Source: Breznakia sp. PF5-3
GTDB lineage: Bacteria > Bacillota_I > Bacilli_A > Erysipelotrichales > Erysipelotrichaceae
Length of the DNA stretch: 32,000 bases
Reading direction: 5' to 3'
NCBI RefSeq assembly: GCF_029504745.1
Contig: NZ_JAQFIQ010000024.1
Span: 1 to 32,000, forward strand
How positions within the stretch are numbered: the first letter of the stretch is position 1; every line of letters begins with the position of its first letter. A program made the translations under genes and the position numbers. The notes beneath the pieces were generated by a model. The model did no database searches. It saw only the letters and a program-made list of their open reading frames with translations, and was not told the DNA's origin. Positions 9,675 through 18,684 of this stretch are shown in pieces.

Positions 9675-10775
9675 TTAGTAAGCATTTATTACATTTACAA
9701 CATATTCTATTTCATTAAGTGTAAGCCCATAATACATTGGCAAACTGATGATTGTTTCTGAGATTTTTTCACAGATTTCTAATGTACCTGCATCCATTCC
9801 TAATTCAGCATATGCTTCTTGTAAATGCATTGGAATAGGGTAATGAATCATCGTTTGAATTCCTTTATCATTTAAATATTTTTCAAACTCTGCTCTGTTC
9901 TTTGTTCGAACCGCAAAAATATGCCATACTGGAGTTACAAAATCACTAACCTTTGGCAATCCGATTTTTTTATTTTTAATATTGTTCAAATAGTAATTAG
10001 CGATTTCAGTTCTTCTTTTATTCCATTTATCTAGATAATCTAATTTTTCAGATAAAATAGCAGCTTGCATTTCATCTAAACGTGAATTTGTGCCCATATA
10101 AATATGATGATATTTATAATCTGATCCATAATTACCAATCGCTCTGATTTTATCTGCAAGTTCTTTGTCATTTGTTGTCACAGCTCCTGCATCTCCCATA
10201 GCTCCAAGGTTTTTTCCCGGATAAAAACTAAAACCTGCAGCATCTCCCAAAGATCCTACTTTTTTCCCCTTGTATTTCGCCCCTTGTGCCTGAGCAGCAT
10301 CTTCAATAACTTTTAAATTATATTTTTGAGCGACTTTCATTATAGGATCCATGTCACAAGGTTGCCCGTACAAGTGTACAGCAATTATAGCTTTTGTATT
10401 CTCTGTTACTTTTTCTTCTATTTCAGAAGGATCAATATTATAAGTTTCTTTATCAGGTTCCACGAATACCACCTTTGCACCAACATAAGAAACCGCAAGT
10501 GCAGTCGCAATATACGTATTTGAAGGAATGATAACCTCATCTCCAACACCTATACCATATGCTTGTAAAATTAGGCGCAATGCATCTAAACCATTACCAC
10601 AACCTACAGCATATTTACATTCACAATAGTTTGCAAATTTTTCTTCAAACTTCTCATTTTCTTTTCCTAAAATATACCAATCAGAATCCATCACTCTTTT
10701 TACAGCTTCATCTAATTCATTTCTTATCTCAGAATGCATTATATCAAGAGCATTAAATTTTACTATATCTTTCAT
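9675..10775 (-). CDS. DegT/DnrJ/EryC1/StrS-family PLP aminotransferase (FdtB/QdtB-like)
   Basis: Motifs [29 protein letters not shown] and the PLP-lysine context [17 protein letters not shown] take the start as the ATG at 10775 with AAGGAG upstream. The ORF-track TTG start at 10796 is less likely. Confidence 0.85.
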   Translation of the reverse strand: MKDIVKFNALDIMHSEIRNELDEAVKRVMDSDWYILGKENEKFEEKFANYCECKYAVGCGNGLDALRLILQAYGIGVGDEVIIPSNTYIATALAVSYVGAKVVFVEPDKETYNIDPSEIEEKVTENTKAIIAVHLYGQPCDMDPIMKVAQKYNLKVIEDAAQAQGAKYKGKKVGSLGDAAGFSFYPGKNLGAMGDAGAVTTNDKELADKIRAIGNYGSDYKYHHIYMGTNSRLDEMQAAILSEKLDYLDKWNKRRTEIANYYLNNIKNKKIGLPKVSDFVTPVWHIFAVRTKNRAEFEKYLNDKGIQTMIHYPIPMHLQEAYAELGMDAGTLEICEKISETIISLPMYYGLTLNEIEYVVNVINAY

Positions 10776-10779
10776 TTGT

Positions 10780-11217
10780 TTACTCCTTTTCACCAAAATA
10801 AAGTGTCGCTTTTTTTAAATAGTCATCATAGTCCCGCAAATATTCATCTTCTGCATAATGTTCTGATGCCAAAACAAGCAAAACACTTCCTGGTGAAAAA
10901 TTTGACATTTCTCTCCATACCATCGGCCCTATATAAAGACCTATTGCTGGGTTATTTAATGTTATTTTTTCTTTTTCATCTGGTGTAGAAATTTCAATAT
11001 CAACACTACCATTCAAACAAAGCAGCACCTGTTGTAACTCTCTATGTGAATGAAAGCCTCGTGTAGTATTTTCTGGGACTTTGGTTAGATAGTAAATACG
11101 TTTAATCTCAAAGGGAACATCAATAGCAGATTCTATTGGTGTTAAATGACCCATTGGTCGAGTTTGGTTATGTACGTCAGTGATATCTTTAAAATGTATC
11201 ATTTTTGTGTTTTTCAT
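10780..11217 (-). CDS. dTDP-4-oxo-6-deoxy-D-glucose 3,4-oxoisomerase (FdtA/QdtA, WxcM-like cupin)
   Basis: 145 aa. Motifs [58 protein letters not shown] track the FdtA sequence of Aneurinibacillus as I recall it. Confidence 0.85.
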   Translation of the reverse strand: MKNTKMIHFKDITDVHNQTRPMGHLTPIESAIDVPFEIKRIYYLTKVPENTTRGFHSHRELQQVLLCLNGSVDIEISTPDEKEKITLNNPAIGLYIGPMVWREMSNFSPGSVLLVLASEHYAEDEYLRDYDDYLKKATLYFGEKE

Positions 11218-11291
11218 TTTGTTCTCCTAATAAAATAACCTTTTTACTTTACCTATTATATAACAGTATTGAAATACTAAGCAAATAACAT

Positions 11292-12209
11292 TTAATGATT
11301 TAATGATACTCTAATTAACCGATAAGTTTTTTTCAAAAAAGTAAAGGATGTAAATACCAATTTTACTCCATTTACAAAGAAACCAAATAATTGCTTCTTT
11401 TCAATATTGTTTAATGCTTTATTAAAGATAACATTTGCCTTCTTATAGCGTTCAGATTTTACCTCTGAAAACTTATAATCAACATACGTATGAGCATCTA
11501 TAATTTGTGCCACTTTCCCATGTCTATATTCTCTAGTAATATATTCCATATATAAATATTGTCGAAGTAGATTATTTCTTGAAATACTTTGTGATGTCAT
11601 TCGATACTTTAGAACCGTATCATTAATGTTTGAAACTCTATATCCGGCTAATATTGCTCGTAATGTAAAATCATAATCTTCACATAGCGGCATTTCACGA
11701 TATCCATTTAGCTTTATAAATAAATCTCGTTTCGCCAACCAGGTAGGATGAGCAATACATTGATTATACCTAATTACTTTTTTTATTACTTGTTCATTAG
11801 TAGGAATTTTTTTAATTGAATACAAGCTCTCACCATCTTCATTAATAATTTGTGTATTTCCTCCAATTAAGTCCAAATCATTATCTCTTAGATAACGAAT
11901 TTGCTTCTCAAATCGATCTTCACTAGAAATATCATCTGCATCCATTCTTGCAATATACTTTCTTTGTGCATATTTTAAACCTTTATTCAAAGATTTTGTA
12001 AGTCCTAAATTTTTTTCATTAACATAGAATTGTATTCTTTGATCATTAAGAGCATATCCATTAATAATATTTTTATGAAGCATATTATCTGGATTGTCTA
12101 AAATAATAATAAATTCAAAATCTGTATAGGTTTGTTTCAAAATGGATTCTATCGCAGATCTCAAAAAATGCTCAGGCTCTTTATATGTTGACATTATTAC
12201 CGATATCAT
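11292..12209 (-). CDS. Glycosyltransferase family 2
   Basis: 305 aa. Motifs MISVIMSTYKEPEHFLRSAIESILKQTY, FIIILDN, ARMDADDIS. Confidence 0.8.
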   Translation of the reverse strand: MISVIMSTYKEPEHFLRSAIESILKQTYTDFEFIIILDNPDNMLHKNIINGYALNDQRIQFYVNEKNLGLTKSLNKGLKYAQRKYIARMDADDISSEDRFEKQIRYLRDNDLDLIGGNTQIINEDGESLYSIKKIPTNEQVIKKVIRYNQCIAHPTWLAKRDLFIKLNGYREMPLCEDYDFTLRAILAGYRVSNINDTVLKYRMTSQSISRNNLLRQYLYMEYITREYRHGKVAQIIDAHTYVDYKFSEVKSERYKKANVIFNKALNNIEKKQLFGFFVNGVKLVFTSFTFLKKTYRLIRVSLNH

Positions 12210-12266
12210 AAGTTATTTTCCTTCCTACGTAAGTTTAACACATACATTCTTTTTATATTATACAAA

Positions 12267-14180
12267 CTAATTTATTAAATCCCATTCTTGCTCTAATTCT
12301 TTATACCGTTCTTTAATTCTTTGTTGTTGTTTGGAAGAAAGTGTATATGTATGATTCAAATATTCATGAACTCTTTCTATTTCTCTTAAATATTCTTTTT
12401 TCTTTGTTACTAAAGTAGTATTGTCTCCATGAACTCTATAATAGTTATTAGCATTCGTAGAATATAAAATATTACCTTCGCTTAACATTTGAATATAAAA
12501 CATCCAATCACCAACCTGTTTAAACTCTTTTGCTTTTATAAAATACGGTACATAATTATTTTCAGAATTCTTAAATAATACTGAAGATACATTAATAATC
12601 GTACAGTTTAAGTACATATATTTCATAATTTCATCATACCCTAAATTACTGTAAGAAGATGCCCAATGACCAGTTTGATCCAAATCAATTAGTTTCTCTG
12701 AGTCTTTTAGAATAATATTAGTTTTCTTATTTATATATTGTGTTTTACAATAAGCAATCATAGGTAATTCATCTTCATTTTCCATTTTATTAATTAAATC
12801 TTTTGCGAATGAAGGTGTACAGTAATCATCTGCTTCCGCAATCCAAACATAATCATTTGAGGCGCATTGGAAAGCCTTTTCCCATTGATTAAAAACATTA
12901 CCACTATTTGTGTCATTAAATTGAAAAGAAATATTAACAGCATCTTTTAACTCTTCTACAATTTTCATAATCAATTCTTGACTCCCGTCACTTGAACAGT
13001 CATCCAAAATAATAATCTCATCAATCTTATAGTCCTGATACAAAATACTATAAATTCTTTCATATAAATAGTGCTTATAATTATAGTTTGGAATAATTGC
13101 AGATATCTTGATATTTCCTGATTTAAGAGTTTTTTGTTTTGTTGCAGCAGAAATCAAATCTTTCATTGCTATTTCTTTAGAAATTATGCGTTTCCTAAAA
13201 TCTAATTTCTTTGCAATTTGATAAAGTGATATCGTTATATTTGAAATAAATATTAATCGATGACTTACTAAAAACAATAATATGCGATAATAAATACGAT
13301 TAATTTTTCCATGTGTTTTTAAATGATTGTTGAAATATCCATTAGATACTAGATTAATCCCCTTACTCTTTCTATAAAATGTTTTTAAATATTTGTATCT
13401 ATCTAAAAAGGGGCCTATTGTGATAAGTGAGTAAATAAAGAATAATAAAATTTGATTATATATAATGATATCCTCGTATTGTTCTTTATCTTTAGAATCC
13501 ATTCTTTCCAAAGCCATTTTAACAGCTGGGAAAACATTAAATTTATTAAAATCAAATATTCTATTTTGAACAGATTCTGCATTTTGTACATACATATAAT
13601 ATGTTTCCTCTGTGTAAACAATCGTTTTAGCATGTGCAATAATTGGAATTATTGTAGCCACGTCTTCATTAATTATCCCCTCAACAAACGTTAATTTTTC
13701 AAAGCATTCTTTACTAAATATTTTTGCACATGGAGACGCAATAAAAGGATTCGCAATTAATTCCTTTTTATTATGAAAAGAAAAACTACTTTTTGTCATC
13801 TTTTCATTTTTTAGGATTATATCACAAATTGCAATATCTGCATTTCTTTCACTTACACTTGTGTATAACTCTTGCACATAATTATCTGGAATAACATCAT
13901 CTACATCAATAAAACAAATATACTTTCCTTTAGCTTTTTTAATGCCAATATTTCTCGAAAACCCAGCTCCGCTATTTTTTTCATTTGTGTATATACTATA
14001 AAAATCAGGAAGATTTTGTAAATAATTTATCGTATTATCTGTAGAACAATCATTTATAAGAAGTACTTCAAAATTTTGTAATGTTTGTCTTTTTAAAGCT
14101 GCAATTATATTTTTTATGTAAGCCTCACCATTATATATGGGAATTATAATACTTACATCAACTGTTTCATACGCTTTCAT
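12267..14180 (-). CDS. Dual-domain glycosyltransferase (GT2-GT2 fusion) with a central hydrophobic region
   Basis: 637 aa. The first GT-A module has VSIIIPIYNGEAYIKNIIAALKRQT...LINDCSTDNT...IDVDD. The second has ISAIIPNYNYKHYLYERIYSILYQDY...ILDDCSSDGS...AEADD. Hydrophobic segments lie at about aa 237-258 and 296-320. The gene shows a 4-nt ATGA overlap with the upstream gene. Confidence 0.8.
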   Translation of the reverse strand: MKAYETVDVSIIIPIYNGEAYIKNIIAALKRQTLQNFEVLLINDCSTDNTINYLQNLPDFYSIYTNEKNSGAGFSRNIGIKKAKGKYICFIDVDDVIPDNYVQELYTSVSERNADIAICDIILKNEKMTKSSFSFHNKKELIANPFIASPCAKIFSKECFEKLTFVEGIINEDVATIIPIIAHAKTIVYTEETYYMYVQNAESVQNRIFDFNKFNVFPAVKMALERMDSKDKEQYEDIIIYNQILLFFIYSLITIGPFLDRYKYLKTFYRKSKGINLVSNGYFNNHLKTHGKINRIYYRILLFLVSHRLIFISNITISLYQIAKKLDFRKRIISKEIAMKDLISAATKQKTLKSGNIKISAIIPNYNYKHYLYERIYSILYQDYKIDEIIILDDCSSDGSQELIMKIVEELKDAVNISFQFNDTNSGNVFNQWEKAFQCASNDYVWIAEADDYCTPSFAKDLINKMENEDELPMIAYCKTQYINKKTNIILKDSEKLIDLDQTGHWASSYSNLGYDEIMKYMYLNCTIINVSSVLFKNSENNYVPYFIKAKEFKQVGDWMFYIQMLSEGNILYSTNANNYYRVHGDNTTLVTKKKEYLREIERVHEYLNHTYTLSSKQQQRIKERYKELEQEWDLIN

Positions 14181-15028
14181 ATTTCTGCATCCTCTTCCAT
14201 TATCTTTTCCAACTTTTTCAATGACTTTAGTATCTCTTGATTTCTAAATAATGATCTTTGTCTATCATTTTTTATTGTCTTATGAAGAGATTTCCCTTCA
14301 TTATGAATAATTTCAATTTCTGGATCATAGATGAAAATTAAACTATCTTTTACACATCGATAATATAAAAACTCTTCTTCATGATATAAAAACGTACCCG
14401 GATAAAAAATATCCTTTCCGTACTTTTCATAATAAGTCTTTGAGAAAATCAAGGCACAACCATGCAAACCAACATCATATACTCGTTTATCTCCATTTTT
14501 CAGTTTGTCTTTCTTTCTAAAAACATGTTTACTCCACGAATAGATTTTAAATATACAATACAAAAAATAATTCTCATATATTCGTATTACTCTTTTTGTA
14601 TACTGAATCTTATTTTTTACTACTTCAAGGTCTTTATACACAGGAAAAGGATTTGATGAATCCAAATCCTCTGGTAATATTTTTGGTCCTAATACATGAA
14701 ACTTTGTCGCATCATGTATTTTATATATTTTAGAAATAAAATCACTCTGATTTATAATTGTGTCACTATTGATTACACATAAAAAATCTGGTTTGTATTT
14801 TCTTATTGCAACTTCACAACCTATGTTATTTCCCTGTGCAAAGCCAATATTTTCTTTTAACTCTATAAAATCTACTCCTGTTGCTTTAATTTTCATTATA
14901 TCTTCTGGAATATTTGAATGATTATCAACAACAATTATTGAATGCTCTTCCGTCAATAATTGGATACTTTGTATACAAGAAAGCGTATCTTTAATAGATT
15001 TATAGTGTAAAATAACAAATGTAACCAT
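14177..15028 (-). CDS. Glycosyltransferase family 2 (WbbL-like, VVDNxS type)
   Basis: 283 aa. Motifs MVTFVILHYKSIKDTLSCIQSI, IIVVDNHS, NIGFAQGNN, INSDT. Confidence 0.75.
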   Translation of the reverse strand: MVTFVILHYKSIKDTLSCIQSIQLLTEEHSIIVVDNHSNIPEDIMKIKATGVDFIELKENIGFAQGNNIGCEVAIRKYKPDFLCVINSDTIINQSDFISKIYKIHDATKFHVLGPKILPEDLDSSNPFPVYKDLEVVKNKIQYTKRVIRIYENYFLYCIFKIYSWSKHVFRKKDKLKNGDKRVYDVGLHGCALIFSKTYYEKYGKDIFYPGTFLYHEEEFLYYRCVKDSLIFIYDPEIEIIHNEGKSLHKTIKNDRQRSLFRNQEILKSLKKLEKIMEEDAEI

Positions 15029-15068
15029 AGTAACCTCCTTTCTTGAATATTCAAGAAACTATTATACT

Positions 15069-16655
15069 CTATCTTATTTTTAACATTACTGCCTTTTTTA
15101 TAAAGATTATGAGAGATATAATCATCGGAACTAGTGTAACAGCCATATAACGATCAATCGTATTAGCAGTAAAAACATATACTAAAGCGTTCATAAAGCT
15201 AAATCCTAGTAAAATAATTAGTAAATTATTTTCTTTATTTTCAAAAAGATCAGTTTTTTTACGCCTCAAAAAGCGTAACGCGATTGCTATAATCCATAAA
15301 AATGGTAATAAAATTATTCCTATTGAATAAAAGTATTGAGCTGGTGTAAAAAGATGTGACATTAAACTTCTCAAAATCATTGGTGGATGATTATATGTAT
15401 TATATTCTTTCACTCTTTCATAATATTCATCAGGCATATAAATAATATTTCCATTTATTCTCAAAGTAGCTCCAGCTATAGAACAGTTTTCTCGGCAATG
15501 CCCTAATGTAAATTCTTTTTTATAACCCCCATTTTCATTTTTTTCAGTTTTATACACATCTGCTAAAATAAAATAACCTGTTTTATATCCATCAATTACA
15601 CTAGCAGGATTAGCAAAAAACTCTGATATAACAAATGATAATGCAGAAGAAAATGAAAGTGCTTTTGCACCTTTAAAATCAATAACTTCTCGATCTATTA
15701 TTTCATTTGAAGGACTTAAAACATCAACCAAAAAGAATACTTCATTATTTTCTATTTTTTCAATAACCAATTGTTTTTCATCTTGGCTTAAATAAATATC
15801 ATTATCTAAGACATCACTTAAATCATCATAGCTTGACATGACATTAAAATTTCTTGGTCCGCTCAAAATTTGTCCTCCGAAATTTCCTACAATATTGCGA
15901 TCTGTATTCAAATTTTGTTTTGCGCCTTGGACCAATATGATATTCCAAACTTTTACACTAGTGAATAAAAAAGCAAAACAGCATAATAACATAATTCCTC
16001 GCTGTCCAAAATTTTTAAGAGTATGATTTTGAAAAAGCGAAATTACAGTTGCAATTAATAGAGGAAAAATAGTAGTTGCTACATAGGGTTGTTTAAGATG
16101 CCAACTAAACACAGTGAAAAATACAAATACTGCACTTGCGATAAGATAACATTTTTTATTTTTAAAGAAATCCATATCAATCCATTTCCAAGCAAGATAA
16201 CACATTGATATCGCAATTGTCATCGCCACAAATTCTGTTAACAATGCATGATAGTATCCAAAAACAAGCGGATTAAAAATAACAAAACACATACCTAAAA
16301 CATAAATTCCTTTTTTAAAATATTTATTTTTGATATTTTTTACTATATCGCTTAAAAGTTTATGAATTATTATAATCATAATTGCATAAAAAATAAATGT
16401 AATCAACACTAAAGATATATGAGAACTTCCAAACAGTCGTCGACTCAAATATATAATAAAAGGAAAAACTGGTCCACGGATAATGTCCCATTCGGCAAAA
16501 CTTGTATTCCCTTCAAAAATAGAGACATAACTCATATAATGAGAGCTATCAACATAAATCGTAACAGAAAATACAGAATATATACAAAAAAGCATTATCC
16601 AAAAAATAACTACTTTATTTTTTATAAAGAATTCTTTCACTTTATTTTTTATCAT
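15069..16655 (-). CDS. Polytopic membrane protein of unassigned function (candidate GT-C-type transferase, or Wzy/ligase-like enzyme)
   Basis: 528 aa. About 8 N-terminal hydrophobic spans, a roughly 195-aa hydrophilic segment (about aa 245-440), then 3 C-terminal spans. An E-W-D triplet (aa 55-57) lies in the first predicted loop. I recognised no family signature. Confidence 0.4.
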   Translation of the reverse strand: MIKNKVKEFFIKNKVVIFWIMLFCIYSVFSVTIYVDSSHYMSYVSIFEGNTSFAEWDIIRGPVFPFIIYLSRRLFGSSHISLVLITFIFYAIMIIIIHKLLSDIVKNIKNKYFKKGIYVLGMCFVIFNPLVFGYYHALLTEFVAMTIAISMCYLAWKWIDMDFFKNKKCYLIASAVFVFFTVFSWHLKQPYVATTIFPLLIATVISLFQNHTLKNFGQRGIMLLCCFAFLFTSVKVWNIILVQGAKQNLNTDRNIVGNFGGQILSGPRNFNVMSSYDDLSDVLDNDIYLSQDEKQLVIEKIENNEVFFLVDVLSPSNEIIDREVIDFKGAKALSFSSALSFVISEFFANPASVIDGYKTGYFILADVYKTEKNENGGYKKEFTLGHCRENCSIAGATLRINGNIIYMPDEYYERVKEYNTYNHPPMILRSLMSHLFTPAQYFYSIGIILLPFLWIIAIALRFLRRKKTDLFENKENNLLIILLGFSFMNALVYVFTANTIDRYMAVTLVPMIISLIIFIKKAVMLKIR

Positions 16656-16664
16656 ACTTATCTC

Positions 16665-18683
16665 CTATGAATGGTCATACATATTATACAAAGCACCAAC
16701 TACTTTTTTCATTTTATTTTTTAATCCTTGTGGTGTCTTTTTGGCAATTGAAAATGCAAACCTTTTAAACAAACTATTAGATGGTTGAATCATCAATTTC
16801 TTTGTAATATCATTTAATAAATCTGTTTCGTATTCAGACAATTTTATTTTTTCTTGAACTGCTTTCTCCTCTGAGAAATAATCACAAATCTTATCAACAA
16901 CTAAATCATAATCAAATTGAATAGCCGTTTCATGATGTGATTTCTTTAAATTCATAAACAACTCATTATCACTCATCAATACTGAAATTTTTTCATAATA
17001 TTTATTAACATCATTAACTTCATTAATTAAAATTCCGTTTTCCCCATTTTTAATATATTCATTAACTCCAAATGAATTTGAAACAATCGGAACTGCACCT
17101 GCACAAAGTGCTTCTAATGCTAATAATCCAAACCCTTCATTTACAGAAGTATCAACATAAATATCTGTATTATTCATGATTTCAGACATAGCCATTCGCG
17201 AAATCGGACCTTTGATCAAATTAATTTTATTTCCATTTTCTTCAAGATTAGGGAATACTATTTTATGATTTATATATACCAAATTAATCACAATATCTGT
17301 ATATTTTGAATTCAATATATATAATAAATCTAACAACAAATAATCCCCCTTCATTGGATTTCCACGCATAAACATAGTAATTCGCTTTGCTGAATTTTGA
17401 TTATTTTTATTAAATAAAACATCATAATTAACACCATTTTGGATTACTGTAGAATCAATGTCAAAAATTGTTTTCATCTTATCATGCAAATAAGAAGAAA
17501 TTGTGAAAATATAATCAGCAAGCTTGTAAGATAATAATACTGATCCATATTCATTACCATTTTCAAAATACACTTCGTATCCTTGAACAAATGAAATTAG
17601 TGGAACATGCTTTTTATCTGCATACCACTTTGCTTTAAATGTAGAATTCCAAATAGTTGTTATCATCTGCTTGCAATTTAAATCATTTATCTTGTCCACC
17701 GAAATAGGGTTAAAAAGCATTGCTTCTGCATAATCAATATTTTCATCATATAAAATATTAGCACTAATATTATTTATCGATAAATAATTCACTAAATCAA
17801 CAACAACATGGCACCCCCCCGCATTTTGAACGATTACAGGGAGATAAATAAGTGAATCCACATTTATTTTTCGATCATCATTTGTAAGGTTGTTATCAAT
17901 ATATTTGATTGGATCATTTTTTGCGTATTCTTTTGCTAATTGATTATATTGAGCCCCCCATCTACCAAAGAAAATATCCCTATTTTTCTTTATTCTTTCC
18001 TCTTTGGCCTTTGACACACCAAAAGATGCTTCTGCTTTATGGAATACATACGTATCGATTGCTACCTTGGCATGAAAACCTTTTTCCATAGCTTTAAATT
18101 GATAATCCGTTTCCTCACCATAACCAGTACCATATATTTCATCTAAAAGTCCTACTGTATCTAAACAAGATTTTGAAATCATTAAGCAATTTCCTACAAT
18201 AGTACAAGCATCAAATGTTTTTCCACTAAATTTTCTTTCAAGCAATGCATCCATTTCTGAATAACTAAATCCCTCAAAAATAGGGTAGGTTAGATTAGCA
18301 GCATTAGAAGCAACTGGACATATTAAACCAATCTTCGAATCCTTTTCCATATGACGAATTAATTTAGGGATTGTGTTTTTACTAACCAAGCAATCTGAAT
18401 TAAGCAATAAAGCTGTTTCTGCTGTTGACAATTTTAAAGCTTTATTACAGTTTTTAACAAATCCCAAATTTTCTTCATTTGTGATAATCTCAATACAATC
18501 TCCATATTTATCTTTTAAATTATGTAGTGTATTAAATGTTTGCTGATTTGAATTGTCATTCATTAAATAAATTTTATTTATATATTCTATAGGTGTATTT
18601 TTTATAAGGGCATACACACATAATTTCGTCCAATCAGGTGCATTATAGACTGGAATAATAACATCACACTTCATTTTTGACAT
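16665..18683 (-). CDS. Dual-domain glycosyltransferase (N-terminal GT2 / C-terminal GT4 fusion)
   Basis: GT-A module: CDVIIPVYNAPDWTKLCVYALIKNT...LMNDNS...LNSD. GT-B module: glycine-rich start NAGGCHVVVDLVNYL and an EX7E-type region EGFGLLALEALCAGAVPIV. I take the start as the ATG at 18683 with GAGGAGG upstream. It lies 1 nt after the permease stop. The ORF-track start at 18740 would overlap the permease gene. Confidence 0.85.
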   Translation of the reverse strand: MSKMKCDVIIPVYNAPDWTKLCVYALIKNTPIEYINKIYLMNDNSNQQTFNTLHNLKDKYGDCIEIITNEENLGFVKNCNKALKLSTAETALLLNSDCLVSKNTIPKLIRHMEKDSKIGLICPVASNAANLTYPIFEGFSYSEMDALLERKFSGKTFDACTIVGNCLMISKSCLDTVGLLDEIYGTGYGEETDYQFKAMEKGFHAKVAIDTYVFHKAEASFGVSKAKEERIKKNRDIFFGRWGAQYNQLAKEYAKNDPIKYIDNNLTNDDRKINVDSLIYLPVIVQNAGGCHVVVDLVNYLSINNISANILYDENIDYAEAMLFNPISVDKINDLNCKQMITTIWNSTFKAKWYADKKHVPLISFVQGYEVYFENGNEYGSVLLSYKLADYIFTISSYLHDKMKTIFDIDSTVIQNGVNYDVLFNKNNQNSAKRITMFMRGNPMKGDYLLLDLLYILNSKYTDIVINLVYINHKIVFPNLEENGNKINLIKGPISRMAMSEIMNNTDIYVDTSVNEGFGLLALEALCAGAVPIVSNSFGVNEYIKNGENGILINEVNDVNKYYEKISVLMSDNELFMNLKKSHHETAIQFDYDLVVDKICDYFSEEKAVQEKIKLSEYETDLLNDITKKLMIQPSNSLFKRFAFSIAKKTPQGLKNKMKKVVGALYNMYDHS
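17814..17820 (-). repeat. Homopolymeric G7 tract (C7 on the + strand) inside the GT2-GT4 fusion gene
   Basis: The + strand reads gcaCCCCCCCgc. The coding sense is GCG GGG GGG TGC (A-G-G-C). A second G6 run lies at 17954-17959 (TGG GGG GCT). Confidence 0.9.
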
Positions 18684-18684
18684 C

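Noticed and set aside
11265-11278. Palindrome AGTATT-GA-AATACT in the 74-bp gap upstream of the isomerase gene, overlapping a possible TGTTATATA -10 element. Considered as a candidate operator.
   Set aside because: A 6-bp AT-rich inverted repeat is expected by chance in this composition, and I found no second copy in the window. It is not strong enough to report as a site.
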